From a virus (lineage: Duplodnaviria; Caudoviricetes): a stretch of 56,221 nucleotides of DNA. The position numbers and the translations under genes are program-made. Shown in pieces: positions 55,112-56,221 of this stretch (position 1 is the stretch's first letter; each line of letters opens with the position of its first letter). The notes beneath the pieces were generated by a model. It did no database searches, was not told the DNA's origin, and saw nothing but the letters and a program-made list of their open reading frames with translations. The stretch lies in IMG/VR virus record IMGVR_UViG_3300020045_002855, positions 1-56,221 of that record. One strand, written 5' to 3'.

Positions 55112-55506
55112 GCCCCACCTTCCACAAAACCGCCATGCTCAAACACGGCGGTTTTCACTACCGTGCCGTCCGGCTGGACGGTTTCGGTGCTCTTACGCAC
55201 CGAGTAAGCGTAGAGGGGCGTTATGCCCACTGCACGAAGGGCCCGCTCGAGCGGGCCCATCAGGTAGGGGGCCCCACCGATTAGGGCGTGGGTAGCCCCT
55301 ACCACCGTTTTGGGGTCGCAGGCTGGCCCCATGCCCCTTGCCGCGGTAGACGCAGCAAGGGCGATACGGGTAGCCTTGTCGGCTACCTCAGCCTGCGTAG
55401 GCAGGCCGTCGAAATTCAACAGGTGGGCCAGCTGGCCCGGAAATTCCACCACACCAGCCGCCACTTGGGCGGGTGTGGCTGCGTGCTGCGTTAAATTGAT
55501 AATCAT
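55108..55506 (-). CDS. Csx20/Csx15-like protein, candidate viral ring nuclease (anti-type III CRISPR)
   Basis: N-terminal INLTQH..TP.Q, central ALIGG, C-terminal AYSVRKSTETVQPDGTVVKTAVFEHGGF; resemblance judged by eye. Confidence 0.55.
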   Translation of the reverse strand: MIINLTQHAATPAQVAAGVVEFPGQLAHLLNFDGLPTQAEVADKATRIALAASTAARGMGPACDPKTVVGATHALIGGAPYLMGPLERALRAVGITPLYAYSVRKSTETVQPDGTVVKTAVFEHGGFVEGGA

Positions 55507-55571
55507 GAAATTCCCCTCAAAGGCAAAATTGCCCGTAAATGCGCACTTAATGTGCGCATTAACTGGCTATC

Positions 55572-55832
55572 TCAACCCTCACTCGTTAGAGTGAGACTGT
55601 GGGCTTTTGCCCACTCGCGCATTTCTGCGCCCAACGTGCCATTGCATGACACGTTGCAGAATCCGAAGCCGCCGCAGGGCGACAGCTCCAGAACCCGGCC
55701 AAACACCAGCACTGTGTTTGGCCACTGGATACGCTCTTCGTATCCAGTTTCGTCATCGAACCGCAGTTCGACTTCACCCGGACGGGTGACGTGAGGTAGC
55801 CCGGAAAGGGCTACAGAAATTTCATAGCTCAT
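55572..55832 (-). CDS. Hypothetical protein
   Basis: MSYEISVALSG...; AGGAG RBS. Confidence 0.55.
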   Translation of the reverse strand: MSYEISVALSGLPHVTRPGEVELRFDDETGYEERIQWPNTVLVFGRVLELSPCGGFGFCNVSCNGTLGAEMREWAKAHSLTLTSEG

Positions 55833-56221
55833 GGATTTTCTCCTGTGTGAAATAAACACGACGCAACCGCCTGTCCGTAGAGGGGCGGTTAAAGCGTATT
55901 TATTTATCGTGCATGCCGATATATCGTTATTAAAACAATATTTAATGGCAAACCCCTATGATGCAGCATATGTGCAGGGGGCACGTTTCCGGGGATTAGG
56001 CCGGGTAAATCAAAGTTTGAATGGGGATACCCTCTAATAAATAGTTAAGCCCGTTATTCAACGCCGGGCAGGGTTACGTTACCAGTCATTCTCTGCACTG
56101 GTGGCAATGGGTTTTCTAACCTATTCAAATATGCATACAACACGCCATATGCAAGGGCGATATAACCGGTTCGTTAAACCGGGCAGATATTGGTTACATG
56201 ATTGCATTACGCAGCGCACGC

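Noticed and set aside
1-56221. Alternative genetic code or stop-codon reassignment
   Set aside because: Long conserved genes are intact in the standard code, all three stops are used, and no suppressor tRNA was found

Overview
This is a 56-kb piece of a tailed dsDNA phage genome (siphovirus-type, long non-contractile tail). It is probably lytic, since no integrase or clear repressor appears in the window; head and packaging genes are also absent. Layout: (1) 1-15148, + strand late genes: tape measure, distal/minor tail proteins, an NlpC/P60-to-J-like fused central tail protein, tail fibre, and a lysis cassette with a GH19 endolysin. (2) 15173-33949, - strand replication/recombination genes: SbcCD-like nuclease, RecU-like resolvase, ThyX, HNH, family A DNA polymerase with fused 5'-3' exonuclease, dNMP kinase, NTP-PPase, DEDDh exonuclease, primase-helicase, SNF2-like helicase and ATP-dependent ligase. 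(3) 34012-51681, an accessory/early region. It holds a lone + strand Gly-rich coiled-coil gene, a frameshifted fibre-like gene, three normal tRNAs, two anticodon-altered tRNA-like genes inside a structured RNA block, an M28 peptidase, a histone-H1-like protein and many small ORFs. (4) About 1.1 kb of AT-rich non-coding DNA with short inverted repeats. (5) 52780-56221, a hairpin-rich cluster of small genes that includes a Csx20-like candidate anti-CRISPR ring nuclease. All family assignments come from motif recognition by eye; no database search or folding calculation was run.
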